Part shown: positions 47,692 to 48,039 of the stretch, one piece after another
How positions within the stretch are numbered: the stretch's first letter is position 1
How the letters are laid out: each line of letters starts with the position of its first letter
NCBI GenBank assembly: GCA_964607485.1
Contig: CAZSKP010000027.1
Location: 1-48,039, forward strand
Source: an uncultured bacterium
GTDB taxonomy: Bacteria > Abyssobacteria > SURF-5
Reading direction: 5' to 3'
DNA: 48,039 nucleotides
Notes under the pieces: model-generated
Told to the model about the DNA's origin: nothing
The model's database searches: none
Seen by the model: the letters and a program-made list of their open reading frames with translations, nothing else
Program-made: the position numbers and the translations under genes

Positions 47692-48039
47692 TCATTTCCT
47701 CAGATAAGCGGGCAAAAGCTCAAATCCTTGCTCCACCACGATTCCGGCCCTCCGGGCCTCGGCCTCGCTGAAGCCAGCGGCGCCGCCTCCCGGAACGCCC
47801 GTTCCGCAGACGAGGAAGGGAACCGGGTCGGCCGCGTGCGTGCCGAGCGTGATGGGCGTGAAATGGTCGGGGAGCACCATCACTCGATGGGGCTCCGAAT
47901 GCGATATCCCCTCGGCGATAGGGCCGACTATCAACCTGTCGAAATTCTCAATCGCCCTGATTTTTTCTTTCACATCGCCCACGTGGCCGGCCTCGTCGGG
48001 AGATTCGACGTGCACGAACAGGAAATCGCAGCGCTTGAG
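47692..48039 (-). CDS. apgM: Cofactor-independent phosphoglycerate mutase, C-terminal part (cut by window edge)
   Basis: HVESPDEAGH, PDHFTP, THAADPVP motifs; upstream of lysC-cimA. Confidence 0.85.
   Translation of the reverse strand, partial: LKRCDFLFVHVESPDEAGHVGDVKEKIRAIENFDRLIVGPIAEGISHSEPHRVMVLPDHFTPITLGTHAADPVPFLVCGTGVPGGGAAGFSEAEARRAGIVVEQGFELLPAYLRK

Overview
GC-rich bacterial window. Contents in order: (i) a sigma54 activator and a small receiver-like protein (84-2203); (ii) a TetR-linked divergent polyol/inositol catabolic cluster including an IolN-like hydrolase (2474-10228); (iii) a BrnT-type toxin-antitoxin (TA) pair bracketed by REP-like palindromes, a DNA methyltransferase with a nuclease-like tail, and three metabolic/membrane genes (10357-16475); (iv) the main discovery, a ~13 kb minus-strand RiPP biosynthetic cluster (16712-29931). 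It has six related precursor-like peptide genes (two absent from the ORF track) with a shared YxEPxVLATYSKEELxxxIxPHG leader and variable Gly/Cys-rich cores. It also encodes two radical SAM enzymes, two PqqD/RRE proteins, an S24/S26-like peptidase with Cys at the catalytic Ser position, an HPr-kinase-like kinase, a nucleotidyltransferase, three glycosyltransferase-like genes, an O-methyltransferase and an ABC exporter, but no lasso cyclase, and it carries sigma54-type promoters; (v) flavin oxidoreductase, SDR, tRNA-Met(CAT), subtilase and an MdlAB-like ABC pair; (vi) an accessory patch (38.1-44.2 kb) with VapBC sitting between two synonymously diverged copies of an ABC gene 3' end, a protease-TPR-ankyrin gene, an Abi-like gene, hicB with a truncated hicA, and an integron-cassette-like Fe-S pseudogene; (vii) housekeeping cimA, lysC and partial apgM. 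All calls come from reading motifs by eye; no database searches were run.
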